From Octopus sinensis (taxonomy: Eukaryota): a stretch of 64,000 bases of DNA. Below the pieces are notes generated by a model that saw only the letters and a list, made by a program, of their open reading frames with translations, ran no database searches and had not been told where the DNA came from. The stretch spans positions 101,556,001-101,620,000 of the forward strand of contig NC_043005.1 of NCBI RefSeq assembly GCF_006345805.1, written 5' to 3'. Positions 23,816 through 38,180 of this stretch are shown in pieces (positions within the stretch are counted from its first letter, which is position 1; every line of letters starts with the position of its first letter). The translations under genes were made by a program, and so were the position numbers.

Positions 23816-26079
23816 TGTGCGCGTCATGCAATATTATACATCAGGTTTCTAGCGTATATTTAAACTAGTTATGAGATCATATTCCACCATTGTTAGTTCG
23901 AAATTGTTGCTTAGCAACTCCCTTCATTCTGCTTAGGTCACTATACGTCAGTTCACGGTAAACAGGAGACCTTATCTCTTATCTGCAATAGTCCAGTGCT
24001 TTTTGTCTAACTGTATCCATTCTACTGAAACAAGTGATTCTGGCGGAGGTTAACACTTTCCAGAGCGAAGGTATAGAGAAGTTAGTCATTGTATATCTCC
24101 ACCATGGGTGTATAAAGCTCCATTAAATATAGAAAGTCTACTAAAGAATGTTGAGAAAAATTTCTATATTTAACTGTTGAAAGGCTGCGTGCTGGCAGAA
24201 TCGTTAGCACTTCCGGTTAAAATGCTTAGCGTCATTTCGCTCGTCTTTGCCTTTCATCATATGGAAGTCGATAAAGGAAGTACCAGTTGAGCTCTGGGGT
24301 CGATGAAATCTACTTCTCCACCTCCTCCAAAATTGCTGGTTTTGTGTCAAAATAAGGAAAGATTATGAGTAGATGACAGAAGGCGGGCAACTGACAGAAT
24401 CGTTGGACAAAATGCTCAAAGGCATTTCCTCCGGTTTCTTTCTTATTCCTCCAAGGACGACTTTGCCTTTTAATCCTTTTCGGGATCGATGCAATAAATG
24501 ACAGCGGAAGACAAGAGGTCGATATCATTGAGAAGGCTCAGTCCCAATATTTCAGACCTAGTGCCAATAGATGAAAGTAGAATCAAAAAAAATTATCAGT
24601 AGATGACAGAACTGGACATTGCTTAAGATTCATCAAGTCCTTGAGAATATTTAGCAGAACGCTTGTGAATGTTACAGTATTGATCACTTTTTCAGTGGTA
24701 GTTTTGTCTTTCATTTCTATAAGCGCCATAGGATTGCAGCATAGCAGCATTACTGAAAATTCTCATGACTTAGAACCACTATTGGTGCTTATTACCGTAA
24801 CAATTTTTCTGTATCGCTACTGAATACGCCGTTGTTACCAACCCACCACAAATATCACTACCACCACGGGCCAAAAAGTGAGTTTCTACGTCGGTACACG
24901 ACATTCTAGAAATAGTAGCCAAATCTCGCTTATCTCGCTAATCTGCACACTAAGAAAACGACAGGTTATATAAGACGATGCCAAGGTGCCATGCATATAG
25001 AGGAAGGTAATGGTCACTAATGGAATGTTTTTGATTATATTTCTGCTTGATCAAGGCTAACTTGGGGTCAAAAGACAACAACAGTTATATAAAAACGAAA
25101 TCTTCTGATACTTTTTAGTAAAACTCTCTTACAAATATTCAAACCAGATTTCGGGATTCCTAGATCGAAGGCTCCTTCATTAGAATTTCAACATCAACAC
25201 GATGTTTTTGTATGTATGTATGTATGCATGTATGTATGTATGTATGTATGTATGTATGTATGTATGTATGTATGTATGTATGTATGTATGTATGTGTGTA
25301 TGTGTGTATGTATGTGTGTGCATGTATGTATCTAGGTATGTATGCAAGTATGTGCGTATGTATGAATGTATGTGTGTAAGTATGTATATATATATGAACG
25401 TATGTATTTAGGTATGTATGAATGTATGTATGCATGTATGTATGAATGAATGTAAGAGTGTATATACATATACATATATGTATGTATGTATTAGTACGTG
25501 TGCATGGATCACTGCACGGCAGATATATATATATGTTTATGAGCACACACACACACACACACACCAATACACATCCACACGCATAAACTCGTACCTACGT
25601 GTGAAGATAGACAGATCTACTTGAAATGATAAGTATGAGATATGTCGGCATATATTTTTGAGGCCGTTGATAAATGTGTGCACGTGTACACGCGCGCACA
25701 CACAGACACACACACACTCACACATACACACACATATACGCCTATACACGCATACATAATTTGTGTCTAATTACATGTTTAATTAGGCGTGAAAGCCTTT
25801 TATGTTTATATGTGGCTGTATAATTGTGGAAGTAGTGTATACGTGCGTATGTTGGTTACGAGTGTTGTGTGTGTAAGCATGCATAAACATGAGTTAGCTG
25901 AAAGGGGGCGCTATGTAACACATGTTCCGTGTATTTATAGAATTAATTATTTTAAACAGCAAAGGGTTCTTTGTGGTGTAAAATGTTTCTCTCCGTGCAT
26001 GCCGTGGGTATAGATATACATTCGAATATACATGCATACATACATACATACACACACATATATATATACATAAACACAC

Positions 26080-26137
<58 letters not shown>

Positions 26138-26157
26138 ATATATAGATATATATATAC

Positions 26158-26203
<46 letters not shown>

Positions 26204-26244
26204 CATAGCAATTCCGAAAGCTTGAGCCAGGCTACCAAAAAATA

Positions 26245-26300
<56 letters not shown>

Positions 26301-26600
26301 GGGAAGACTGATATATATATATATCAGTCTGTCAACCTATGTATCTTTCTATCTGTGTATTTGTGTAACATTCTCCGATTTTTTTTCCGTCCTTGTTTTT
26401 CGTTGAGGCTGGCCAGATTGGAGCAATCTCGAGTATAACCAGCCGAAATTGCAAAGATAATCTGGAACTCGACAAAGGAAAGAAAACTTCGAATGACCTG
26501 TCCTCGTTTTTCTTGTATCGTCTATCTGGATGTTTTGTTGTCCCTTTTTTTAATCATCTGTCTAGATGTTTTGCGTTCTTGTCCCATTTTGTATATATAT

Positions 26601-26641
<41 letters not shown>

Positions 26642-26779
26642 TACACAGATACATGGATAAATAGATATGTAGACAGACAAACAGACAGATAGATAGATAG
26701 ATGGATGGATAGATAGATATAAAAATGCGGGCGCATGCTCACAGAGGCAGATACATTCTCCACCCACACATATATATAT

Positions 26780-27096
26780 GTTTCGTTTTTGGATTTGGTC
26801 TTCAGGATTCTTTGTGTGAGTTTGTGTGTTGAAGCATATTCTTTTGTGTCTGGGGAGAGTCATTCTCTGTTAGTGCTTGATAATTTGACACACTCACCGG
26901 TAAAATTTCCATTCATTTACTTATTTATTTTTCTAAAAGTTTCGTTGTGTCTTGCCACCTTTTCAATAATTGTTGAGAACGTTGCAAGACGCAACAAAAA
27001 TTTTAGAAAAATAGATAAAGGAGTGGAAATTTTACCGTGAGCGTGTAAAATATAAAGCACTAAAAGAGAATGACTCTTCCTAGACAGAACAGTATA
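26780..27096. mobile_element. AT-rich fold-back element, copy 2 (~125-bp arms centred at 26969/26970)
   Basis: 26838-26966 is the approximate reverse complement of 26973-27096; homologous to 4212-4445. Confidence 0.8.
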
Positions 27097-27099
27097 CAC

Positions 27100-27147
<48 letters not shown>

Positions 27148-30100
27148 GAGAGAGACATATATATATATATAATATATATATATATATATTATATATATAT
27201 ATATAGATGTGTATGTATATATATATAAGAGGGATGACCACTAAGTGGACATCCATATGCTAGATGTCTACCCCCTATGGTCTTACCACTAAAAAAGGAA
27301 TGTTCTCAAGAAAATTTAGCAAACGCCTGAACGTGAGCGAGCAAGACAAATGAAAAGATTCAAAATATACAGATTAATCACAGACCCGTTTTTTTTGTTA
27401 CCACTTACGTAATCACTTACGTAGATGTCCGTAACTCATCAGTGTGATCGTCATAGCATAATATAATTTGCAGAACTATATACGGAACGTCCGCATGAGA
27501 TTGAACATGTATATAGTTCTACCAAATACATTTGGGGTTATCTTTCAAAAGTCTTCGATTTGGCGCGCCAAAACGAAGACTGCATGATGTTTTGATGGCC
27601 AAAAGATTGGTCTCTCTTAGAGAACCATTCTTAAATGCTCTAAGAGAGTTCTTACGCTGTGTAGTGATGCTTCATTCTTTTGCTATGAATCATATATATA
27701 TATTGTAAATTGTGTATGTATCACTAAGCATTTATTATGTAGGTGTGTGTGTGTGCTTATGGGTGCGTGTGCGTGTTGCTCCTCTCAGGCTATGTTTTCT
27801 ATTCGTTTGTTGTATTTGTATGTATGTTGTACATGTGTGTGTGTATGTGTCTGCTAACGTATGATTGCAGTTTGAGTCATGTATGTGTTTACATGTATCT
27901 CTATACATGACGCTAGAATGTACGTGCGCTTGTGTGTGTGTGTGTGTGTATGTACGTAAGAGATATTTCCCTAGTCAGCCTTTTATCGTTTTCCTTTAAG
28001 GGGTTATTCAACAAAGTGGAATGATATGGAAAGCTTTACCTCTGTAGTTTTCTGTTAGAATGGTACATTCAGAGTCTTCCATGTAGTTGTTGTTGCTGTT
28101 GTTATTGTTGTTGAAGCGGCAATCTTTTCTTCTTGTACGATTATTTAGTGGCGAAGTGGTGAACTATCCGGATCGTTAGAATATTGAATACATCGTTTTA
28201 TTGTATTTGTTTTGACTTTCTGCACCTGGGTTCAAATCTCATCGAGGACAACCTAGCATTTATTTCATCCTTTTGGGTACCGATAAAATGCACCAATGGA
28301 GGATGATGAATTGGGGAATATTTAGAGGGCAAGACACCTTGCGATATTTGTTCTAAATGATTGTATTCTAACAGCAACGCCTGCCAAATGACCAGCATTC
28401 AAACTTTATAAGCGTAAGTCGTTGACCTTTCCTCTATATATAGTTAGAAAAATGAGACTTGCATACAAAGGTAGCTATCAGTTCTTCTCAAAAATATTAC
28501 CGGCCTGTGCATACAAGTACAGGTGTATGAGCAACCTTGGTAGATGAAGACTATGTCTAGTCACCGAGTGTAGTTGTTCTAATTTGTGCTGTGAGTAGGA
28601 GAGTAGAATGTCTGTCTGTGTGTGTATGTGTGCACGTCTTGTATGTTAAGTTATATATTCTTCTGAGACGTTTTTTCTTTCTCGAATAACGAAGAGTTAC
28701 GAGTATGAAGCTCCTGAAGTGAGAGAGATTTCATTAGATCCCGGAATCATTATTTACCGGTCCCAAAACTTTTTTAGACGTTTGTTAATTTGTCTGACTC
28801 AGAGGTTTATTTATCATTTTTACTGATTGTCGCAAAGGGTCAAGTTTATCACCGTTCAGCATCTCTTTTGCATTCCTGCCTCATCTGGTCACTTTGCTCT
28901 TTCGAAGCTGACGTTGCGAAAATACTTAACAAGTGGAAAAGCAGTTTAATTACTGTGTTCAAATACCCTACGTTAAAGTAGAAATATGAAACATGTAACA
29001 TCGAGTGGCCGTTATTGACACAATTTGTAGTTATTTTTAGTATTTTCTTATTAAATAAAGTATTATTTTTCAGTGTCTTCATGTATTGTTGTTTAACCCA
29101 TAAAACTCTGATCGAGCAAAATGATCAGGGACATTACAACCTGGCCAAACCCTCCATATAGGACTACCTTATTTATGTGTTCTTTCGTTTTAAAGAGCAT
29201 AGATTTTCAGGTAATTTAGTTGCTATTTCTTACAAGTTGAGCTGCAATGTACGAATTCTCAATTGGCCTAATGTGATAAAAGTACAGCTGACCGGTGTAT
29301 TCTATATATTTTCTTTTTTGTATATAAATTTTCTTAAATTGCCTGGCGCTGAATTGTATTTCCGTTGAGACTTCACAAAAGTGGTACTTAATGTTTTTTT
29401 TTCCTCTTCTTGGCACCCCAGAGACTAAAAATTAAAAAAAATAATAAAATAAAATAAAATATTGGCACGTTTCACGTGGTTAGTTTTTAAAACAAACATG
29501 TAATAAAGAGCAAAACATTAAGGAAAAATATCGGAGAATATATTTTCGTGAAGAATAGAATTAAAAATAGGTTTCTTAGAACGTTAAGATATTTGTAAAG
29601 ATTTTTTATAAAACCATAAATTATACTTCTAAAAATCAGTGGAACACGTGAGCACCCCTTTGCAGTAGAGCAGCGTGCCGTGGCACACAGTTTCAGAATC
29701 AATATTACTGATGTCCTTTACTTTTATTGGGGTGGGTAATTCAGCTGTGAATTTAGATTTGAATTTTCTTGTCATGCATCGAGAGGCACGTTAGATTAAT
29801 TTAACTCTATTTTTGTTTGTTCTGCAGCTATATATTTTGTTGTCGATGAGGAAATGTTTAATTCATTAAAAAAATTTTATAACAAAATATTAAAGCCACG
29901 TTATATTTGGGCATAATGATTGCTACGTTTAGTTTGATGGCGCTTTGTTAAGCTGCTCATCTATTCTGCAGCCAAGGTACACTTCATTTATATAACAACA
30001 CACTTTATATATGCTTGCTTTATTGTGTTTATTGTGCCAGTATTGTTTCTGTATTCTTCATAACTTGGTCTCATAATTTATTTGAATATGCGTTATTAAA

Positions 30101-30566
30101 TAGCTTTTGTAGTTTTTCTGTAAATTTTCCTGTTGTACTTCTTTTGTGGAGTAGAATCGAAAAACTCTTCTCAACAGATAATTTATAACTGACGTTTTAC
30201 ATCGGTGTGGACATTAAATATCTGCATGCTTGTAAAAGTTTTTATGAGCGCTGCTAACGTATATCTAGCTGTTCCTCCTTATTACGTTTACATCTAAAAA
30301 TGCCGTTTTTGAATCACCTGAAATTTTTATCTAAGCTCCCTTGGTTATTAAACATCGATGGATCTCAGAAATTTATTGTTCCGTGCGCAAGAGACAAAAA
30401 CATAAACAACTAATGGGGAAATATGAAACATCCTTAGCAAAAATAGACAAAAAAGAAAAAGTAAAGCATGGTTAGTTATCCTTCGATGATGCATATTTAA
30501 AAATAAAGCTGTATAAATACATACACACACATATATATATATATACACACACACACACACGCACGC

Positions 30567-30598
<32 letters not shown>

Positions 30599-30623
30599 CA
30601 TATATATGTATATATATGTATGA

Positions 30624-30663
<40 letters not shown>

Positions 30664-31080
30664 TCATAAATATATGCATACAGGCAGATATACACACACA
30701 TGGATCTTTTCAAAAATATCAGGCATCTATCTATCTATCAATCTATCTACCTATCTATCTATCTATCTATCTATCTAAGTGCATTTACATAGATACGCGT
30801 GCGCACGCGTGTATCTATGCATACATGAATATGAAAGGAAAGTAAATGGATCTCTATCACATTCAACGATGTTAGTTCGAATCGTAGGTGGAACCGAACA
30901 ACCGACTGATTGAATTATAAGAAAGCTATTGAGTATTCAAAAGACAACTGCGTAATAAATCGCGCAGTAGAATTGAACCAAGGCCTCATAAAAGCGAAAT
31001 AGAATTCTTAATTACTCGGTGTTGTTATCTAGGCCGCGGTTAACTATCCGAAAACACGCACACATGAAAATACATATATC

Positions 31081-31455
31081 GAGTGGCTGTGTGGTAAGTA
31101 GCTTGCTTACCAACCACATGGTTCCGGGTTCAGTCCCTCTAAGTGGGCCCCTTGGGCAAGCGTCTTCTACTATAGACTCGAGCCGACCAAAGCCTTGCGA
31201 GTTGATTTGGTAGACGGAAACTGAAAGAAGCCCGTCGTATGTATATATATATAAAGTTAATTCAAACATGAAAACACAAAGAGAAAACACAACAATGCGA
31301 GGACGCGGAACAAGTATAGTATTATTGGACGCTAAGGAAAGAAGGAGGGTTTAACGTTTCGAGCGGAGCTCTTCGTCAGAAACATAGGAAAAGGAAAGAT
31401 CCAAAGAAGGGAAGACGGAAGAAAAAAGAATCGCCAACGGTACACACGCGGTCAC

Positions 31456-31503
<48 letters not shown>

Positions 31504-31549
31504 TTGTGTTTGTCCCCCCCCAACATCGCTTGACAACCGATGGTGGTGT
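31081..31549 (+). mobile_element. SINE family S2 (partial), interrupted at its internal (TA)n
   Basis: tggctgtgtggtaagtagcttgc...gacggaaactgaaagaagcccgtcg | insert | tttgtccccccaacatcgcttgacaaccg. Confidence 0.88.
31255..31459 (-). mobile_element. Family A element with an intact minimal HHR core (31349-31383)
   Basis: Minus strand: GUUU CUGACGA A GAGC-UCC-GCUC GAAA CG UU AAAC; inserted into (TA)n. Confidence 0.8.
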
Positions 31550-31579
31550 GAATCAGCATCTGGGCGCTGTCAATTATTG

Positions 31580-31636
<57 letters not shown>

Positions 31637-31637
31637 A

Positions 31638-31860
31638 GGCGGCGAGCTGGCAGAATAGTTAGCACGCCAGTCAAAATGCATAGCGGCATTTCGTCCGTCT
31701 TTACGTTCTGAGTTCAAATTTCGCTGAGGTCGACTTTGCCCTTTCATCTTTTCGGGGTTTTGATATATTAAGTACCAGTGAAACACTGGGGTCCGGTGTA
31801 ATCGACTAGTCCCCTGTCCGCAGATGTCAAGGCTTGTACCTTTATTAGAAAGGATTATTA
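31638..31860 (+). mobile_element. SINE S1 variant with alternative tail
   Basis: ggcggcgagctggcagaa head; tail ...ttagaaaggattatta. Confidence 0.85.
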
Positions 31861-32315
31861 TTTTCATCAACAACAACAACAGCAGTAACAACAGGAAAAA
31901 TAACAACAACAACAATAAAATTTGCAGTGTTAAAATATCATAAGTTTGGCACCTCTTTCAATTAGACGAATACATATTTCTGCTATTATGAATTCTTAAA
32001 GAACTGGTAAATTCTACATACAGAGCTAGGGATTTCATTATCACCGTGCTAGTTGCCACCATCATGATAATTCCATCCATCAAATTAATTCAATATTCCC
32101 CCTAATTTCTATTAATACATTCCATCATAGAATGAGAAAAAATAATTTACGTCTGTCAAAAAAGAAAACAAAAAACAGCAACAAAGAAAGAAACAGCATT
32201 CATTTATTTTATTTACTCCTCTACGTCCGTTCCTCTTTCTTTGTCCATATCTGTGTCTCTCTCCCTCCCTCTTTCTCTCCCTCTCGGTCTCACTCTCTCT
32301 CTCCCTCTCTCTCTC

Positions 32316-32346
<31 letters not shown>

Positions 32347-32440
32347 ATATATACGCACACACATATATATATATATACACATATCTCTCACTCTCTCTCT
32401 CTATATATATATATGTTATATATATATATACATACAAACT

Positions 32441-32490
<50 letters not shown>

Positions 32491-32514
32491 CGTGTGTGTG
32501 TGTGTATGTATCTT

Positions 32515-33115
32515 TTATATTTTACTTGTTTCAGTCATCACACAGCGGCCATACTGGGGCACGTCTTGGAGTATCTTTTAGTCGAATGAATCGGTTCTAG
32601 CACTTACTATGTTGAGCCTGGTACTTATTCTATCGGTCTGTCTTGCTGAACTGCAAAGTTACGGAGACATAAACACACCACGACCGGTTGTCAAGCGGTG
32701 GTGCACTATAAACACGGACACAAAGACACATATAGATATATACGACGGGTTTCTTTTAGTTTCCGTCTACCAAGGTCGACTTTGCCTTTCATCCCTTCGT
32801 GGTCGATTAAATAGTACCAGTTACGCACTGGGGTCGATGTAATCGACTTAATCCCTTTGTCTGTCCTTGTTTGTCCCCTCTGTGTGTAGCCCCTTGTAGG
32901 CAATAAAGAAATAAGACACCTTAGCACGTCGGGCGAAATGCTTAGCGGTATTTCGTCTATCTTTACCTTCTGAGTTCAAATTCCTCCGAAGTCGACTTTG
33001 CCTTTCATCCTTTCGGGGTCGATAAATTAAGTACCAGTTGCGTACTGGGGTTGATCTAATCAACTGGCCAACTCCCCATCAAAAAAATTTCGGGCCTTAT
33101 GCCTAGAATAGAGAA
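32515..33115. mobile_element. SINE cluster: S2 3' half (minus), S1 3' half (plus), S1 variant (plus)
   Basis: Junction gtttccgtctaccaa|ggtcgactttgcctttcatcc at ~32773; second gtcgactttgcctttcatcc at ~32992. Confidence 0.85.
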
Positions 33116-33519
33116 ATATAGTAACCACTAAAAGCCTTGCGCTTTCACTGGACAAGTGCTTTATTTATCGACCCCAATAGGACAAATTGACTCTTTTACA
33201 GTCATACAGAAGCGTACTAAGCATATATCATATATATGAACAGTGAAGTAATTCTGATACAATTCTATTTGCAGTCTGTTGTTGATAACATTACTTATTC
33301 ATCTCTTTTCATAAACGCCCGACTGCTAGAAACACGATTGTGCCCGAAGAAGTCTTCAGATGAAATATGCATGTATTTCAATTTGTAACAGTACTTAAAA
33401 ATCAATACATCATTATACTAACTCTGATGTATATATTTTTATCATATTTATTTTCAGTCTCCGCTAATCATACTTTCTACAAAAAGATATATTTTAGATA
33501 TCAATTCAGAGTATTTATT

Positions 33520-33898
33520 CATATGGATACAGATATATATACATACATATCTATGTACATACATACATGCATACATACATACATGCATACATACGTACAT
33601 GCATACATGCATACATACATACATACATACATGCATGCATGGATGCATACATACATACATACCTACATACATACATACATACATTCATGCATACATACAT
33701 ACATACACACATACATACATACATATATACATACATACATATATATATATTTATATATATGAATACACACACACATATATATATGTATATATATATATAT
33801 ACACATACATACATATATATATATATACATATATATATACATATATATATATGCATATATATATATATACATATATATACATATACATATATATATAT

Positions 33899-33955
<57 letters not shown>

Positions 33956-34602
33956 CATCTACTCATGCACGCAATAAATACGCACTGACATACATATACA
34001 TACACTTCCATACATTCACACACACACACACATGCTTGCGTATGATTTTGTGAGAGAATTTTTTTAAAATCTCCAATAATAAACAGAAATTATGTTTCAA
34101 TGTCTATCTCCTCTCGATATATGTTTATATATGAGCGTGTGTGCGTGCATGCGTGTGTGCGTGTATGTGAGGGTGTGAGTGTGTGCATGTGTGTGTGTGT
34201 ATGCGTGTGTGTGCGTGTGTTTGTGTGTCTCTATACATACGTATATACATTCATGCATACATATATACATATATATATTCATATTATATATATATATATA
34301 TATATAATATATATATATGTACATATATGCATATATATATATGTAATATATATATATATGTATTTATATATGTGTTGTATATAATATATATACTTGAAAG
34401 ATGCATATATCTATGTGGTCTATCCATATACGTACATACATATATAACACATATATATATACACACATATATATATATACACATATATATATACATACAT
34501 ACATATATATATGAATATATATATATATATATGAATATATAGGTTTGTGTGTATATATACATATATATATGAATATATATATATATATGAATATATAGGT
34601 TT

Positions 34603-34644
<42 letters not shown>

Positions 34645-34712
34645 TATACATATGTTTATACATACATATATTCATCTATATATATCAATATACGTAAGTA
34701 TATACGTATATG

Positions 34713-34745
<33 letters not shown>

Positions 34746-34800
34746 AAATACATACGTGTCTATATGTGTTTTTGCGTATGCGTCTATATGCGTACATACG
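33520..34800. repeat. Large compound (TACA)n/(TA)n/(TG)n microsatellite field
   Basis: Direct reading. Confidence 0.93.
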
Positions 34801-35605
34801 TACGAGAAGACATAGTTATCTGTCTTCCTACGAAGGCAAGAAGACATATCTTCATTTGTAAACAAAAAGATAACTGCGGGGGATCGATTTCGAATCGTTT
34901 TCTATTCTTTACATGGAATAATAAGGAGAAATAGTTCAGATTGTTAGAAGACAAGGAAGAATGGCAGAGAAGTTAGTGAAGCAGCTCTCTGTTCACAAAA
35001 GCCAACCATTTAAGTGGAAAGAACCGACTTACACGCCTTTTATGTATTGATCCTCTATTGGAACTAGTTCGTATCCACTAGAGAATGGTTTCACAAATAG
35101 AAAAGAAGCATTGCCTAGACCATTGTCCTTCACACATTATATTGGCCAGTGCCATTGTATGAGAATATAACCTGCGGGCGGCCCGGTTTAGAAGAAGTGT
35201 TTGCCTATCGGTGGTAAACTATTGAAAGTACGAACAGAGAAAGTGTTGAGTAAATACAAAGTAGAAGTCCATTACTAGTTAAATTATAAAGACAGGTACA
35301 CACACACACACACACACATACACATACACACATACACACACACACAAACAGAGGCATCGTACGTTATTTGTTCATTCATACAAGCAAGCATATATGTAGT
35401 TACATTCATACACGCATAAATATTGATAATCAAAGAGAAAGTCTTAACATTACGTGTAAGCTGAGACGTAAACACGTACTGCGACTTTTATATGTACATA
35501 CATAATTCAGTGCTTTTATATATATGCTTGATTTGATATATATATATATAAACATATATATATATATTGACATATACATATGTATACATACATGTATATA
35601 TATAC

Positions 35606-35640
<35 letters not shown>

Positions 35641-35706
35641 AACATATACACACATATATATATTTATAAACATATACATATATATGTATATATATATGTG
35701 TGTATG

Positions 35707-35737
<31 letters not shown>

Positions 35738-36677
35738 ATACACATGCATATATGCATGCGTATTCTAGATATTTGTATGAATATACAAGTATGCTGATGT
35801 AACACTCTCCCCACCTCACACTCACACACCCGCGCGCACAGATACACACACACACACACACACACGCATAGGTATTAAATGATTTACAATTTCTTAAAAT
35901 GGAATACGTCGATCGAAGCAAACCTTCATTATTAAGTTATGTCAATGATTCCAGTCTGAAAACTGTGAGAAGAATATGAATAAGTTATAGAACAACCAAA
36001 TCATAGATTGTTGTAGAACATAACCAAATCAACAATGTTACTTCTTAGTTTGAGAAACTTCTAGTAGAAATTCATAACTTTTACCAAAATATTTCCTTAG
36101 ATATCGCTGCTCTTAAACAATGAAACACGTCGGTGATGTTGTTAGGTGTTCAGGAAACTACGATTTTATTAGCTAGTTTCGAATATCTCGTTACATTGTG
36201 TTGCGGTTTTGTGTGAGGGAGGGTTGCGTGGAGTGTTAAGCAAAGCAAAAAGAATGCTGGGATGGAAGAATGGTTTGTTTCGTGATTGTGGTATAAAGGA
36301 TGCAGAGGTCCGGTTTTCACTTTACAATGAACAGCGGTTGATCTGCTTAATACGGAATTATGAGATGTAAATCTGAACCGTTTGTTTGCTGTGGTTTGTA
36401 GTACAGTGTATAGAATATGTTCAATTAAGTGTATACTATTTAGGGTAGTATATAGAGCGTGCTTAGCACTGTAGGTGTTGTATAGTGCAGTGAATAGCAC
36501 TTATGGTCTAGTGGCTGACGGTGTATGTTTATATGCGTGTGTGTAAAGGTTTGTTATAATAGACAGATAAAATGCCAAGCCCCATTCGTTCCTTAAATAA
36601 CATGTAAACTAAAATATCTTTCATATGAAGTTGTATAGTCTGCTGAAAGTATATATACTTCTATATATAGAAATATG

Positions 36678-36936
36678 TGGAGGTGCAATGGCCCAGTGGT
36701 TAGGGCAGCGGACTCGCAGTCGTAGGATCGCAATTTCGATTCCCAGACCGGGTGTTGTGAGCGTTTATTGAGCGAAAACACCTAAAGCTCCGATAGGAGG
36801 TGGTGGCGATGCCTGCTGAACTCTTTCGCCACAACTTTTTCTCACTTGGCCTGCTCACTTAGCCATTCGAAAGCTAAAACAATGCGAAGCGCATTGTGAC
36901 CAGCAATGTGTAGCAACATCTGATAGCCTGGTCGGT

Positions 36937-36945
<9 letters not shown>
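36678..36945 (+). mobile_element. tRNA-derived SINE (family S4)
   Basis: tggcccagtggttagggcagcggactcgcagtcg...tttcgattccc; shares ctgctgaactctttcgccacaac with 49025-49300. Confidence 0.8.
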
Positions 36946-36968
<23 letters not shown>

Positions 36969-37124
36969 TCTTCTAAAACCGTCTCACGCATGAAATATTT
37001 TTTATTATTTTTAATCAAAGAACGTTTCACACGTGAAATATCTTGCGACTTATGAACGTTTGAAGTGCAAAATTTTTTCAATCAGAAAACTTATAAATAA
37101 GGGATTTAGTAAGTAACTTATGGG

Positions 37125-37300
37125 GACCTCGTCCCGCCTGCTGTGTCTCTTCTTAGTGGCCATCCCTTCGTTGCCTCCGTTACAGGCGTCCATTTGGCGT
37201 CTTACAGTCTTTACAGTGTTTACAGACCATTGAATAGCGGTCACGATGTTGGCACTTTGATATGCGGCGAGAATCATCATGATTTACCGTCCTCCATCAC
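37125..37300 (-). pseudogene. N-terminal HTH fragment of a Tc1/mariner-superfamily (maT-like) transposase
   Basis: ILAAYQSANIVTAIQWSVNTVKTVRRQMD...KKRHSRRD resembles maT-type N-termini (from memory). Confidence 0.45.
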
Positions 37301-37404
37301 AGGTAACTTTTTCTCAACGACAAATTTAACCTTTATGCTCTTCAACGCCGTTGATTGTTCACTAATACAGCCAGCCGACACCGAAAGAGGAATCGTAAAG
37401 CAAA

Positions 37405-38180
37405 AAATCGTCTAATTTAGCTCAAACAACTCCTTTATCAGTGCAGACAGATTCTCCTGGATATCTTACATTTTTGCAGTTGAACCACTTTTTGAAGTAT
37501 TCGAACCACTCAGAACTACCAAAACTATTTTTTCTACTTTGATTCGTTGTCCCCCTTCAAAGTAGAGAATAAGCTCAAAGCTTTTGTTTTGATGCTGCAG
37601 ATACTTTAAGGCGGCGAGCTGGCAGAATCGTTAGCACGCCGGGCGAAATGCTTAAATTCAATTCGTCTGCCGTTACGTTCCGAGTTCAAATTCCGCCGAG
37701 GTCGACTTTGCCTTTCATCCTTTCGGGGATCGATTTAACAAGCACCAGTTACGCACTGGGGTCGATATAATCGACTTAATCCCTTTGTCTGTCCTTGTTT
37801 GTCCCCTCTGTGTGTAGCCCCTTGTGGGCAATAAAGAAATAAGACACTCAAAGAAATGCGACACAGATTACTGCCTTCAATCGACATTAGTAATAAGCGT
37901 TTCATTTCAATCATCTGACCCCGATATTGAGTTGATTGCATCGCTGTCGAAGATGAGGCCATCAGTCTTTTTTTTCTTCTAATATTATCTTCAGCTTGTT
38001 TCAAAAATTGTGCCTACGGCTGCTTCCTTCAATCCAAATGAGCAGGCGATCTCTGCCGTTCTTGCGCCGTTATCATAACTTTTAATAATTTCGAGTTATT
38101 TCTCTAAAGAAAAAGATTATCGCTTTCCTTTTTTTTTAATGTCGTCAATCCCTCTTTCATTTTCACTCTTATCCATTGCT
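37405..38180 (-). pseudogene. Tigger/pogo transposase N-terminal (CENP-B-like) fragment split by a SINE
   Basis: LEIIKSYDNGARTAEIACSFGLKEAAVGTI; MIEMKRLLLMSIE..ISLS | SINE | IKTKALSLFSTLK; SSEWFEYFKKWFNCKNVRYPGES. Confidence 0.75.
37610..37842 (+). mobile_element. SINE family S1, full length
   Basis: Near-identical to 12346-12576 and 50651-50882. Confidence 0.93.

Noticed and set aside
27415-27446. CUGAUGA-GUU-ACG-GAC on the minus strand
   Set aside because: No GAAA after stem II; not counted as an HHR.
36040-36150. Possible mariner C-terminal remnant on the minus strand
   Set aside because: Similarity too weak to support.
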